The position numbers were made by a program, and so were the translations under genes. 36,252 nt of DNA from IMG/VR virus record IMGVR_UViG_3300038379_000967, positions 1 to 36,252 of that record; one strand, 5' to 3'. Source of the DNA: a virus (Duplodnaviria; Caudoviricetes). This document shows positions 16,618-25,353 of the stretch, one piece after another. The stretch's first letter is position 1. Every line of letters begins with the position of its first letter. The notes below the pieces were generated by a model. That model did no database searches and was not told where the DNA came from. It saw nothing but the letters and a program-made list of their open reading frames with translations.

Positions 16618-17031
16618 ATGCGCTACGAAGGTGACGTGATTCGTGCCCCGAAGCTCGAGGCGGATGTGGACGGCGACCGGCTGGTCCTGCTCGGCAAACC
16701 CCGGGTGGGCTTCGGCGTGTGGGCGGTGCTGCTACCGCCCGACCTGGTCCTGCAGGCGGCGCGCCTCGACGAGCAGCTGATCATCGAGGGCTTCGACCTG
16801 CCCGCCGGCGCGCAGACCTACGGGCGGACGCTGTACTTGCGCAACACCACGCCGGTGGTCCACGCCCTCCATGCGATCGCCACGGTGGCCTATCAGCGGG
16901 TGGGCCAGGAGGCGCCGCCGGCTCCCGCTGCTCCTACCACGCCGCCAGAGAGTCCCCCGGAGAGTCCGCCGGAGGCCGGCAGGGCCGGCAGGGCCGGCAG
17001 GGCAGGCAGGGCCGCCACCCGCCGCGAATGA
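16618..17031 (+). CDS. Hypothetical protein inserted between the two terL halves
   Basis: Own SD GGAG; stop overlaps the ATG of the terL C-terminal part; low-complexity tail. Confidence 0.7.
   Translation: MRYEGDVIRAPKLEADVDGDRLVLLGKPRVGFGVWAVLLPPDLVLQAARLDEQLIIEGFDLPAGAQTYGRTLYLRNTTPVVHALHAIATVAYQRVGQEAPPAPAAPTTPPESPPESPPEAGRAGRAGRAGRAATRRE
16942..17010 (+). repeat. Tandem 12-bp (PPES, ~x3) and 9-bp (AGR, x4) coding repeats
   Basis: CCGCCAGAGAGT-like units, then GCCGGCAGG x3 and GCAGGCAGG. Confidence 0.85.
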
Positions 17032-17750
17032 GCAAGGTCGTTGTCACCGCCGGCTGGGACGATGTCCCGCACCTCGCGGCCGAGGAGAAGGCGCGATTGC
17101 TGGCGGGCACGCCCCCGTACCTCCGGGACGCCCGGTCCAAGGGCATCCCGACGGTCGGGGCGGGGGCCATCTACCCGCTGCCCGAGGAGGACATCGTGGT
17201 CGACGACTTCGTCCTCCCGCGCCACTGGCCCAAGGGCTACGGCCTCGACGTGGGCTGGAAGGCCACGGCGGCTGTGTGGGGCGCCTGGGACCAGTCCCAG
17301 GGCGTCGACTGCATCTACCTGTACTCGGAGTACAAGCGCGGCGTCGCGGAGCCCCCCGTCCACGTCCAGGCGATCCGCGCACGCGGTGAGCCGCTGCTCG
17401 GGGCCATCGACCCCGCCTCTCGTGGGCGCGGCCAGCGCGACGGTGAGCGCCTGTTCCAGGACTACCAGGACCTCGGCCTGCAGATCTTCAAGGCGCCGAA
17501 CGCCGTGGAAGCCGGGCTCTTCGAGGTGTGGGAGCGGCTCACCACCGGCCGCCTGAAGATCTTCCGGTCGATGGTCCAGACGCTTCAGGAGCTCCGGCTG
17601 TACCGGCGCGACGAGCGGGGCCACCTGGTCAAGGAGAACGACCACCTCATGGATGCCATGCGCTACCTGGTGATGATGGCGCCGCAGGTGATCAGCTGGC
17701 ACCCGGATCGCGAACCGACGCGGGTCGTCGGCACTGTCAACCCACGATGA
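17028..17750 (+). CDS. terL: Terminase large subunit, C-terminal part (linker/lid plus RNase H-like nuclease)
   Basis: MSKVVVTAGWDDVPHL...RDARSKGIPT.G.G.IY; GLDVGW; IDPAS; DHLMDAMRY. Confidence 0.9.
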   Translation: MSKVVVTAGWDDVPHLAAEEKARLLAGTPPYLRDARSKGIPTVGAGAIYPLPEEDIVVDDFVLPRHWPKGYGLDVGWKATAAVWGAWDQSQGVDCIYLYSEYKRGVAEPPVHVQAIRARGEPLLGAIDPASRGRGQRDGERLFQDYQDLGLQIFKAPNAVEAGLFEVWERLTTGRLKIFRSMVQTLQELRLYRRDERGHLVKENDHLMDAMRYLVMMAPQVISWHPDREPTRVVGTVNPR

Positions 17751-17766
17751 TCGAAAGGAAGCGGCC

Positions 17767-19428
17767 ATGAAGCGCATGACGACGGAGCAACTGATCGGGC
17801 TGCACACCCGTGGCGAGGGGCTCCAGGCGCCCATGCTGTCCCTGTGGGACGAGCTCGCGGAGTACATCCACCCGGCCAAGGTCGGTTTCACCGGCCCGAA
17901 GACCGACGGCGAGAAGCGGACCACGAAGCTGTGGGACTCCACCGGCCCGCAGGCCAACGACGACCTGGCCCACTACCTGGCCGCCGCACTCACCCCCGCC
18001 TTCAGCCCCTGGCTCGACATCACGTTCCGGTCCGAGGACCTCGCGTCCAGCGATGCGTTCAAGGAGTGGCTGGAGGCCTGCGCCGAGATCCAGCGGAAGG
18101 AACTCTCTCGGTGCAACTTCTACGAAGCGATGGGGGAGGTCTACTCGGACCTGCCATCTTTCGGTGTGGGCACCCTGCAGTGCGACGAGCGCAAGGACCG
18201 CCTGGGCAAGTTCGATGGGTTGAACTTCGAGTCCGTCTGGCTGCGCGAGCTCGTCCTGCTGCCGGACGAGTATGGGGACCTGACCCTGTCGTTCCGGGCC
18301 TACGAGATGTCGGCCATGCAGTGGGTCTCCATGTTCGGCGCCGAGGTCGGGCCGAAGGTGCAGGAGATCGCCAACACCAAGCCCGAGAGCAAGGTCAAGT
18401 TCCTGCACGCGGTCTACCCGCGCGACCTGGAGGACATCGACGTCAAGGGCATCGAAGCCGGCGCGGCGGACCCGAAGAAGATGCCGTTCGCCTCGGTGTG
18501 GATCAACCTGGTCGACAAGCTCACGGTCCGCGAGTCGGGCTACCTGGAGATGCCCCGCTACACCGCCCGGTGGGCGCGGACCAGCGGCAGCATCTGGGCG
18601 AACTGCCCCGGGCTCATGGCCCTGCCCGACATCCGCACGATCAACGAGGCCAAGCGCCTCGAGCTCAACGCGTGGGAGAAGTCCATCGACCGGCCCATGA
18701 AGACCGGCCTGAACAACATCCAGGGCAAGCTGGACATGGGGGCAGGCGGCCTCACTACGTGCCGCGACCCGAATGCCCTCATGCCCCTCTACGACGGCAC
18801 GGACTTCAACCTCACGGCGGTGAAGGTGGAGGACCTCCGGGCGTCGATCCTCCGCACGTTCTTCGCCGACCTGATCCGGGAGCCCAGCGATGTGCGCAGC
18901 GGGACGACCGCCTACGAGGTCGCGAAGCGCCTGGAGCGCGCGCAGCGGATCCTGGGCGAGTCCGTCGGCCACCTCCGCCGGCTGCTCCGCTGGGCCGTGG
19001 AGCGGTCGTTCATGATCCTGTACCGGAACGGCGCCTTCCCGCCGATGCCGCCGGGCCTCATGGAGGCGAAGGGCAAGCTGGACGTGCGCTACACGTCGCC
19101 CCTGCAGGTCGCCCAGCAGTCGCAGGGGATCGAGCAGACCCTGCTGTTCCTCGGCGACCTGAGCCAGGCGGCGCAGTTCAACCCCGAGGTCTTCGACTGG
19201 GTGGACTGGGACGGGTGGACCCTGGACGCGGCCAAGCGCCGCTCGGTGCCAGCGGTTGCCCTCCGGGACCAGGCCGCTGTCGACGAGATCAGGGACGAGC
19301 GCAAGGCCCGCCAGGAGCAGGAGCGCCAGGCCGGTCTCGCCGTGGCGGGCGGCCAGGTGGTGCGCGACGTCGGGGCTGGCGCCGGACCCCAGGCCGCGGG
19401 GGCCCTGATGGGGCAGGGGGCGGCCTGA
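17767..19428 (+). CDS. Portal protein (T7-type head-tail connector family)
   Basis: W.EL..YI.P, WDST...A...LA..L...LTP...PW, SNFY-like CNFY, RW....S......PG..ALPD, TAYEV, Y.SPL..AQ. Confidence 0.93.
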   Translation: MKRMTTEQLIGLHTRGEGLQAPMLSLWDELAEYIHPAKVGFTGPKTDGEKRTTKLWDSTGPQANDDLAHYLAAALTPAFSPWLDITFRSEDLASSDAFKEWLEACAEIQRKELSRCNFYEAMGEVYSDLPSFGVGTLQCDERKDRLGKFDGLNFESVWLRELVLLPDEYGDLTLSFRAYEMSAMQWVSMFGAEVGPKVQEIANTKPESKVKFLHAVYPRDLEDIDVKGIEAGAADPKKMPFASVWINLVDKLTVRESGYLEMPRYTARWARTSGSIWANCPGLMALPDIRTINEAKRLELNAWEKSIDRPMKTGLNNIQGKLDMGAGGLTTCRDPNALMPLYDGTDFNLTAVKVEDLRASILRTFFADLIREPSDVRSGTTAYEVAKRLERAQRILGESVGHLRRLLRWAVERSFMILYRNGAFPPMPPGLMEAKGKLDVRYTSPLQVAQQSQGIEQTLLFLGDLSQAAQFNPEVFDWVDWDGWTLDAAKRRSVPAVALRDQAAVDEIRDERKARQEQERQAGLAVAGGQVVRDVGAGAGPQAAGALMGQGAA

Positions 19429-19429
19429 G

Positions 19430-19639
19430 GTGGAGGAGGCGGGGTTCAAGTACCTGGTGCACCGGCTCCTGGCGGCCGACGACCGCGTCCGCGCCATGAT
19501 CGAGCGGGAGGCCATCGGCACCATCGCCCCGCCCCGGACCGAGCTGGAATTGGCGTGGCGAGAGGGCCGACGGTCCATCGCCGCGGAGTTGATGTCGTTG
19601 TTTCACGAGGTGGAAGATGAGCGTACCCGAGTGGGCTAA
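19430..19639 (+). CDS. Small conserved post-portal protein (Bbp19-like)
   Basis: AWREGRRSI motif; position between portal and scaffold. Confidence 0.65.
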   Translation: MEEAGFKYLVHRLLAADDRVRAMIEREAIGTIAPPRTELELAWREGRRSIAAELMSLFHEVEDERTRVG

Positions 19640-20375
19640 GGGACTGCCTGCGGAACTGCAGGAGGTCGAGAGCGTCAGGAACACCCCGGACCTGGCGACC
19701 GCGGTGAAGCGGATGATCGATCTGGACCGGTACAAGGGCTCCAGCATCGCGTTGCCAAGGGACGGCGACGAGGCGAGCGCCAAGGCCTTTGCTGAAGCGG
19801 TGGCGAAGCGGGGCTTTATCCCGGGCGAGATCCCAGCGGACCCGACCGGCTACGACGTGGCCGATGTCGACCTGTCCACCGTGGGCCTGGACGACGCCTG
19901 GAAGGCCGGCCGGCTGAAGGACTACCACGCCATGGGCCTGACCAAGACCCAGGCCAAGGCGGCCCTGAAGCGGGAGGTGTCCACCATGGAAACCGCCCTC
20001 AAGGCCATCACCGAGAAGAGCGGCCCAGGGGGTCTCGAGGCCATCCGCCGGGCCTCGGCCAAGTACAACCTGAACGGGGATCCGGGCGGGATCCTGAACG
20101 TCCTGATGGAGATCGGCATGAGCATGACGGAAGACGGCACGAAGCCCCCGGCTGGCGCGGGATCAGGCGGCGGCATGAGCCTGCAGGAGGTCGACGCCAA
20201 GCTCGCCGAGCTGGACGACAAGATCCTGAAGGTCCCGGAGTACGACGCGCGGAGCAAGCCGCTGCTCGACGAGCGGTACGACCTGCTGCGCCGGCGGGCC
20301 GCCCTGGTCTCAGGGGACAACAGCGTCCTCAACGTGCCGTTCGAGACCTTCGCCAAGAACGTCGGTCGGCGGTAG
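19617..20375 (+). CDS. Putative capsid scaffolding protein
   Basis: W...LP.EL..., P.DP.GY, H.MGLTK.QA; position before the capsid gene. Confidence 0.75.
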   Translation: MSVPEWAKGLPAELQEVESVRNTPDLATAVKRMIDLDRYKGSSIALPRDGDEASAKAFAEAVAKRGFIPGEIPADPTGYDVADVDLSTVGLDDAWKAGRLKDYHAMGLTKTQAKAALKREVSTMETALKAITEKSGPGGLEAIRRASAKYNLNGDPGGILNVLMEIGMSMTEDGTKPPAGAGSGGGMSLQEVDAKLAELDDKILKVPEYDARSKPLLDERYDLLRRRAALVSGDNSVLNVPFETFAKNVGRR

Positions 20376-20559
20376 TTGACTCTCGCTGTCGGGTGGGAGT
20401 AGTTTCCCGCCCGACAGCAGACCCTCCCTTTGCGGACCTGCCGTCTGGTTCCCGGGCAATCCGGGCGCACAGGCGGCGACACGCCCAGTCGGCCCCTGAC
20501 GGGATCCCCGACGCCCACACGGCAGTCCGCAATCGCACCGACCCAGGGAGGGTCCCGTC
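20376..20559 (+). promoter_or_regulatory. Structured intergenic leader of the capsid gene with candidate sigma70 promoter
   Basis: TTGACT-18-TAGTTT; hairpin 20385-20418; long-range pairings closing over the SD. Confidence 0.6.
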
Positions 20560-21423
20560 ATGTCCAGTTCCATTGATCAAGCATTCACCTACGCCTTCGA
20601 GCGTAACGTCCATCACCGCGGCCAGCAGATGGAGTCGCGGATCCGCCCGCTGCTGAAGCGGATCAAGTACGACAACGCCGCGCGGGTGCACTTCGAGACC
20701 CAGCTGGCCGCCAACATGGCCGCGAAGTCCCCGGTGCGTGTCCAGGCCACCCCGGTGCTCAACGTCACGCACCAGAAGCGCTACACCGAGGGCAGCCCGT
20801 ACTCCTGGGGCGAGGCGCTCGACCACACGGATGCCGCGCGCATCCTGATCGACCCGCGCTCCTCGTACCTCCAGGCGGCCTCCTACGCCTACGGCCGGCA
20901 GATCGACTCCGTCGTGCTCGCCGCCCTGGTGGGCGCGGCCGGCACGGGCCTCGGCGGCTCCAGCACCACGGCGTTCGACAGCGCGAACCAGCTGCTGAAC
21001 TCCGGCGGCGCGACCGGCCTCACCCTGGACCTCCTGCGCCAGGCGAAGAAGAAGTTCGACGCCAACGAGGTGGCGGGCAACCGCATCTGCGCCCTGGCCT
21101 CGAACGGCCTCGAGGACCTCCTGCAGGTCACCGAGGTCACGAGCTCCGACTACAACACGGTCAAGGCGCTGGTGAACGGCGAGATCGACACCTACCTCGG
21201 ATTCAAGTTCGTCCGCACGGAGCAGGTGCCGCAGATCTCGGGCCGGAAGAGCGTGGTGTGCTTCACCGACCAGGGCGTCGGCCTGCACCTCCCGCTGGAC
21301 GGCTTCACCCGCGTCGGCGAGGATCCGAGCAACAGCTTCATGCTGCGGATCTACATGGAGGCCATCATCGGGGCCGTCCGCCTCGAGGAGACCGCCGTCG
21401 TCCAGATCGACATCGCGGCCTGA
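20560..21423 (+). CDS. Major capsid protein
   Basis: IDQAF...F...V....QQ.ESR.R; DP.S.Y......A.GR.ID; TSSDYN.VKALV.GEIDT.LGFKF; GA.R.EE..VV.I. Confidence 0.93.
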   Translation: MSSSIDQAFTYAFERNVHHRGQQMESRIRPLLKRIKYDNAARVHFETQLAANMAAKSPVRVQATPVLNVTHQKRYTEGSPYSWGEALDHTDAARILIDPRSSYLQAASYAYGRQIDSVVLAALVGAAGTGLGGSSTTAFDSANQLLNSGGATGLTLDLLRQAKKKFDANEVAGNRICALASNGLEDLLQVTEVTSSDYNTVKALVNGEIDTYLGFKFVRTEQVPQISGRKSVVCFTDQGVGLHLPLDGFTRVGEDPSNSFMLRIYMEAIIGAVRLEETAVVQIDIAA

Positions 21424-21432
21424 TCCGCCGCC

Positions 21433-22065
21433 GTGGCGACCGAGCTGGAGATCGCCAATCAGGCCCTCCTCCTTCTGGGGGAGGGCCTGATCACCTCGGG
21501 GCAGCTGGCCACGCCCGACGACGCCAAGTCCCGGCTGGTGGCGAACCTGCTGACGATGTCCCGCAAGGCCGCGCTGCGGGACTGCAAGCCCAACTGCGCC
21601 CGGGCCTACGCGGATCTCACCACCGCCGGCGTCCAGGTCCACCCGGACCACGCCTACACGTTCGTCCTGCCGACCGACTGCCTGCGGGTCCTGACGGTGT
21701 TCCCGGGCCTGTCCACCGACGTGTCCCGGCTCACCCAGGGGCGCCAGGTGGTCACCCGCTGGCGCATCGTCACCGGCAGCGAGATCGCCCTGGACGAGCC
21801 GCAGGCCTGTGTCGAGTACGTGAAGAACATCGCGACCACGGCCTTCGATCCCATGATGGACGACGCCATGGCGCACTACCTGGCCTGGAAGATGGCCGTG
21901 CCGCTGACCGAATCGCGGACGAAGCGGACCGAGATGGCCCAGGCCTACGCGGCCGCCCGGGAGCTGCTCCGGCAGACCGATGAGCAGGAGGGCATCACCG
22001 ACCAGTTCGACGACGCCACCCGGCTGCAGACCGCCCGCCACGGGTCCAACTACGGAGCCTGGTGA
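21433..22065 (+). CDS. Tail adaptor / tubular protein A-like
   Basis: EI.NQAL..LG...I; Y.F.LP.DCLRV; FDP....A.A..LA...A.PLT. Confidence 0.85.
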   Translation: MATELEIANQALLLLGEGLITSGQLATPDDAKSRLVANLLTMSRKAALRDCKPNCARAYADLTTAGVQVHPDHAYTFVLPTDCLRVLTVFPGLSTDVSRLTQGRQVVTRWRIVTGSEIALDEPQACVEYVKNIATTAFDPMMDDAMAHYLAWKMAVPLTESRTKRTEMAQAYAAARELLRQTDEQEGITDQFDDATRLQTARHGSNYGAW

Positions 22066-24908
22066 TGCCGCGGGCTCGCGTCCTGATCAGCGACCTCACC
22101 GGGGGCGAGGTCTCGCCCCGGGTCCTGGCACGGGCTGACCTGCAGCGGTACGCGTCCTCGAGCAAGTACTCCCGCAACTGGGTGGTGACTCAGCAGGGCG
22201 GGATCCTGCTGCGCCGTGGGCTGCAGCACCTGGGGCTGTCGGCCGCCTCCCAGGTCACGCCCCTGCCGGCCGTCGAGATGATCCCCTGGACGTCGTCCAA
22301 CGACGCCGAGCCGGACATCACCTTCGAGATCGTCGGCAACACGCTGCGCGGCTGGACCACGAGTGGCCTGATTACCTCGGGCGGGTCCGCGTACACCGTC
22401 GCCCTGCCCATCGCCAACTTCGCCAGCGCGCCCATTCAGTACGCCCAGCAGGGGCGGCTCCTGGTCCTGACCAACGGCCGGGACGCGCCGCTCTTCGTGA
22501 CCGTGAATGGCACGACCAGCTGGACCGTCACCAGCCCGCCGCCGACGCTGTTCCCGAAGCGGAACTTCAACGACTCGCGCTCGCCGCCCCGGCAGAACGC
22601 CATCAACGACGTGACCTTCGTGGGCTTCGCCGCGGGCAACAGCTACCTGGTCTACGTCGGCGGCAAGGTCATCAAGGAGCGGGTGAGCCGCCTGACGGGG
22701 CTGCCGATCAGAGGTGTCCAAGGCATCCTCAACTCGGAAAATGCGCCGCGCCGGTTCGTCTACTCCGCGGCCTCCACGGTCACCAACGAGCAGCGGATCA
22801 AGGACGCCATCCTCGAGTCCCCCCTGGTGGAGAACGAGGCGGACGTCACCGTGGCCTTCCAGGCCGGCACGACCTACCGGATCACCATGTCCGGGGCCGC
22901 TGGTGGCGTCGAGGTCAGCCTGGTGGCCGCTGCTGAGTCCGCGACCCTCCGCATCGAGCAGGCCACCAACGCGGCGGGCCGCGGTGGCGAGGAGGCCGCC
23001 TGGTCGTACCCGACGGTGGTCACCAACCTCGGGGTGTACTACCAGTGCATCCTGGCGCACGTCTCGACGGCGACCGCGCCGGCGGCGGCACCGACCCTCT
23101 GGACCCCGCTGCCCGGCCCACCGGCCTGGGAGGCCGTCCAGCCGAGCGCCGCCTGGAGCGCCACCAGCATCTCCTACGGGCCCGGCGACCGGGGCTTCCC
23201 GCGGTGCGCGCTGTTCCACGACCAGCGGCTGATTCTGGCCCGCTCCCGGGACTGCCCCCGAACCATCTGGGGCTCCCAGATCGGCGGCCCCACCAACTTC
23301 GTCCTGGGCGTCGAGGACGACGAGGCCTGGTCCCGGGACCTGGACAGCTTCGAGTCCCCGGACATTGCCTGGCTCGCCAGCCAGCAGGGCCTGGTGGTGG
23401 GCACCAGCCGGGGCATTCACGTGGTGGACGCCGAGGTCTCCCTGACCCCGACCGACGGCGCGGTGGTCGCCCAGAGCAACGACCGGTGCGAGCCCCTCAT
23501 GCCGGCCGTCGTGGGCGACGAGATCGTCTTCGTGGCCCGTGGGCGCCGCCAGATCCGCTCCATGCGCTGGAACCGGCAGTCCGGGCCATTCGAGACCCAG
23601 GAGATGTCCGCCCTGGCCGAGCACCTGGCCCGGTACCGGATCGCGCGCCTGGTCTACGCGCACACCCCGCAGCCAGTCCTGTACGCCCACACCGAGCATC
23701 CCGGCATGGTTCTGGCGGTGCCCTACGCCAGGGCCACCGGCCTGCTGGCGTTCTGTCCCCTGACCCTGGACGGGACGGTGCTGGCCATCACCGTCCGCGA
23801 GGACGGCGACGGCAGCGACGAGCTCTGGGCCGTCATCAACCGGGGCGGCTACGTCAGCATCGAGCGCCTGCCTTACCCGGTCACCGACGCCCCGGTGGAC
23901 TCCCCATCGGCCACGGCCACGAAGCACCTGGACGGGTGGGTGGTGCGGTCGGACACCGCCGGGACGGTCTCCGGGCTGAACCACCTGATGGGCAAGACGG
24001 TCACGATCCTGAACAGCGCGGGCGCGGTCCAGGGCAGCGCCACGGTGGTCGACTCCGGCAGTATCCCGCCTTCGACTCCGGTGACGATTTCCGAGCCCAG
24101 CTTCGAGCTCGCCGGCACCTGGACCTACACGTCCGCGTCACGGACGGCCGGCGCGGCGCGCACCGGCGGCTTTGGCGCCAACCTGGCCCCGCCGGCTGTG
24201 TCGTATGCCTCCGGCTCGGTGCTGTCGGCCAACGTCACCGTCACGCCCGGCAAACGGTACACGGTGTCGAACTGGTACCGGCGCGGCAACGCCAATGCCC
24301 ACTCCTACGCTTATCCGGTCATCGTCTACGTCTACAACGGCAGCGGGGTCCTGATTGCGACCCATTCTTTCGCCCACGTCGATGCGGGTGACCTGTTGCC
24401 GGTGAGCTTTACGGCGGCCTCGGTCACCTTCACCGCGCCGCCGACGGCGGCCTACATCCGGATCTCGAGCGAACTGATCAGCTCCGGGGCCACCAACGTG
24501 ATGCACGTGGATGACTGGCTGGTCCTCGAGGGCACGGCCGGTGACGGAGTCATCACGGCCAGCGGCTCGAACCTGGTCATCGGAGTGCCGTTCCTCGGCA
24601 AGGCCGTCCTGGTGGAGCCGGTGGTCGGCAACCCGACCGGGCCATCGATGGGCAACCCGAAGCGGTGGTCGGGCGTGTTCGCCCGGCTGTTCCAGTCAGC
24701 CCTGCCGAAGATCAACGGCGAGCGGCCGTCCGACTACGCGCAGGCGGGCGGCGCCTATCGCGCCAATCCGGGCGCGCTGCGCTCGGGCGACTTCAAGGTG
24801 AACACCCAGGGCTGGGCCGACGGCGGGCTGACGATCGAGCAGGACTTGCCGCATGCGACCCAGATCGTGGGCCTGTTCGGCGACCTGGGCGTCGGCGTAG
24901 GAGAGTGA
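22062..24908 (+). CDS. Tail nozzle / tubular protein B-like with inserted CBM5/12-like and CBM4/9-like modules
   Basis: TGGEVSP....R.DL..Y; N......GG...R.G; GFP....FH.QRL; IW.S..G...NF; LD.W; inserted modules visible. Confidence 0.85.
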   Translation: MMPRARVLISDLTGGEVSPRVLARADLQRYASSSKYSRNWVVTQQGGILLRRGLQHLGLSAASQVTPLPAVEMIPWTSSNDAEPDITFEIVGNTLRGWTTSGLITSGGSAYTVALPIANFASAPIQYAQQGRLLVLTNGRDAPLFVTVNGTTSWTVTSPPPTLFPKRNFNDSRSPPRQNAINDVTFVGFAAGNSYLVYVGGKVIKERVSRLTGLPIRGVQGILNSENAPRRFVYSAASTVTNEQRIKDAILESPLVENEADVTVAFQAGTTYRITMSGAAGGVEVSLVAAAESATLRIEQATNAAGRGGEEAAWSYPTVVTNLGVYYQCILAHVSTATAPAAAPTLWTPLPGPPAWEAVQPSAAWSATSISYGPGDRGFPRCALFHDQRLILARSRDCPRTIWGSQIGGPTNFVLGVEDDEAWSRDLDSFESPDIAWLASQQGLVVGTSRGIHVVDAEVSLTPTDGAVVAQSNDRCEPLMPAVVGDEIVFVARGRRQIRSMRWNRQSGPFETQEMSALAEHLARYRIARLVYAHTPQPVLYAHTEHPGMVLAVPYARATGLLAFCPLTLDGTVLAITVREDGDGSDELWAVINRGGYVSIERLPYPVTDAPVDSPSATATKHLDGWVVRSDTAGTVSGLNHLMGKTVTILNSAGAVQGSATVVDSGSIPPSTPVTISEPSFELAGTWTYTSASRTAGAARTGGFGANLAPPAVSYASGSVLSANVTVTPGKRYTVSNWYRRGNANAHSYAYPVIVYVYNGSGVLIATHSFAHVDAGDLLPVSFTAASVTFTAPPTAAYIRISSELISSGATNVMHVDDWLVLEGTAGDGVITASGSNLVIGVPFLGKAVLVEPVVGNPTGPSMGNPKRWSGVFARLFQSALPKINGERPSDYAQAGGAYRANPGALRSGDFKVNTQGWADGGLTIEQDLPHATQIVGLFGDLGVGVGE

Positions 24909-24909
24909 C

Positions 24910-25353
24910 GTGGCGGTAGCAGCAGTCATCGGGGCGGTGGGCGCGGTGGCTGGCCTGATCGGCTCGAGCAAGGCCTCGAAGGCGGCCAAGCGGGCGGCCC
25001 GGATCGAGGCGGCAAACGAGAAGATCGCCACTGACGAGCGCATCAAGCAGATCTCGCAGGAGGAGCGCACCCTCGCCGGGGTCACCCGGGCCCGGGCTGC
25101 GGGCGCCGGCTTTGTCATCACTCAGGGTTCGGTGCTCAACCTCCTGGCCGAGCAGGCCCGGGAGTTCGAGCGGGAGCGGAAGATCACCGCCCGCGTCGGC
25201 GCCTCGAAGGTCGCGACCGCCCTGGCCGGCGGCAAGGCGGTCGCCCAGCAGTACAAGGCCCAGGGAGTCGGGAACCTGTTCGCGGGACTGTCCCAGGCTG
25301 CGCTGCTGGCCCAGCAGGCCGGGCTGTTCACGAAGAGCGGGGGCGGCGACTGA
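24910..25353 (+). CDS. Small ejection (internal virion) protein
   Basis: Ala/Gly-rich hydrophobic N-terminus; RA..AGAG.....GS.L motif; position after the nozzle. Confidence 0.75.
   Translation: MAVAAVIGAVGAVAGLIGSSKASKAAKRAARIEAANEKIATDERIKQISQEERTLAGVTRARAAGAGFVITQGSVLNLLAEQAREFERERKITARVGASKVATALAGGKAVAQQYKAQGVGNLFAGLSQAALLAQQAGLFTKSGGGD

Noticed and set aside
16606-17027. Intein or self-splicing intron in terL
   Set aside because: The N-half ends in a stop codon, the insert is a separate ORF filling the whole gap, and no intein terminal residues or intron core are visible
21421-21435. Read-through from capsid into the in-frame adaptor gene
   Set aside because: In-frame spacing has a one-in-three chance and a capsid-adaptor fusion is structurally implausible
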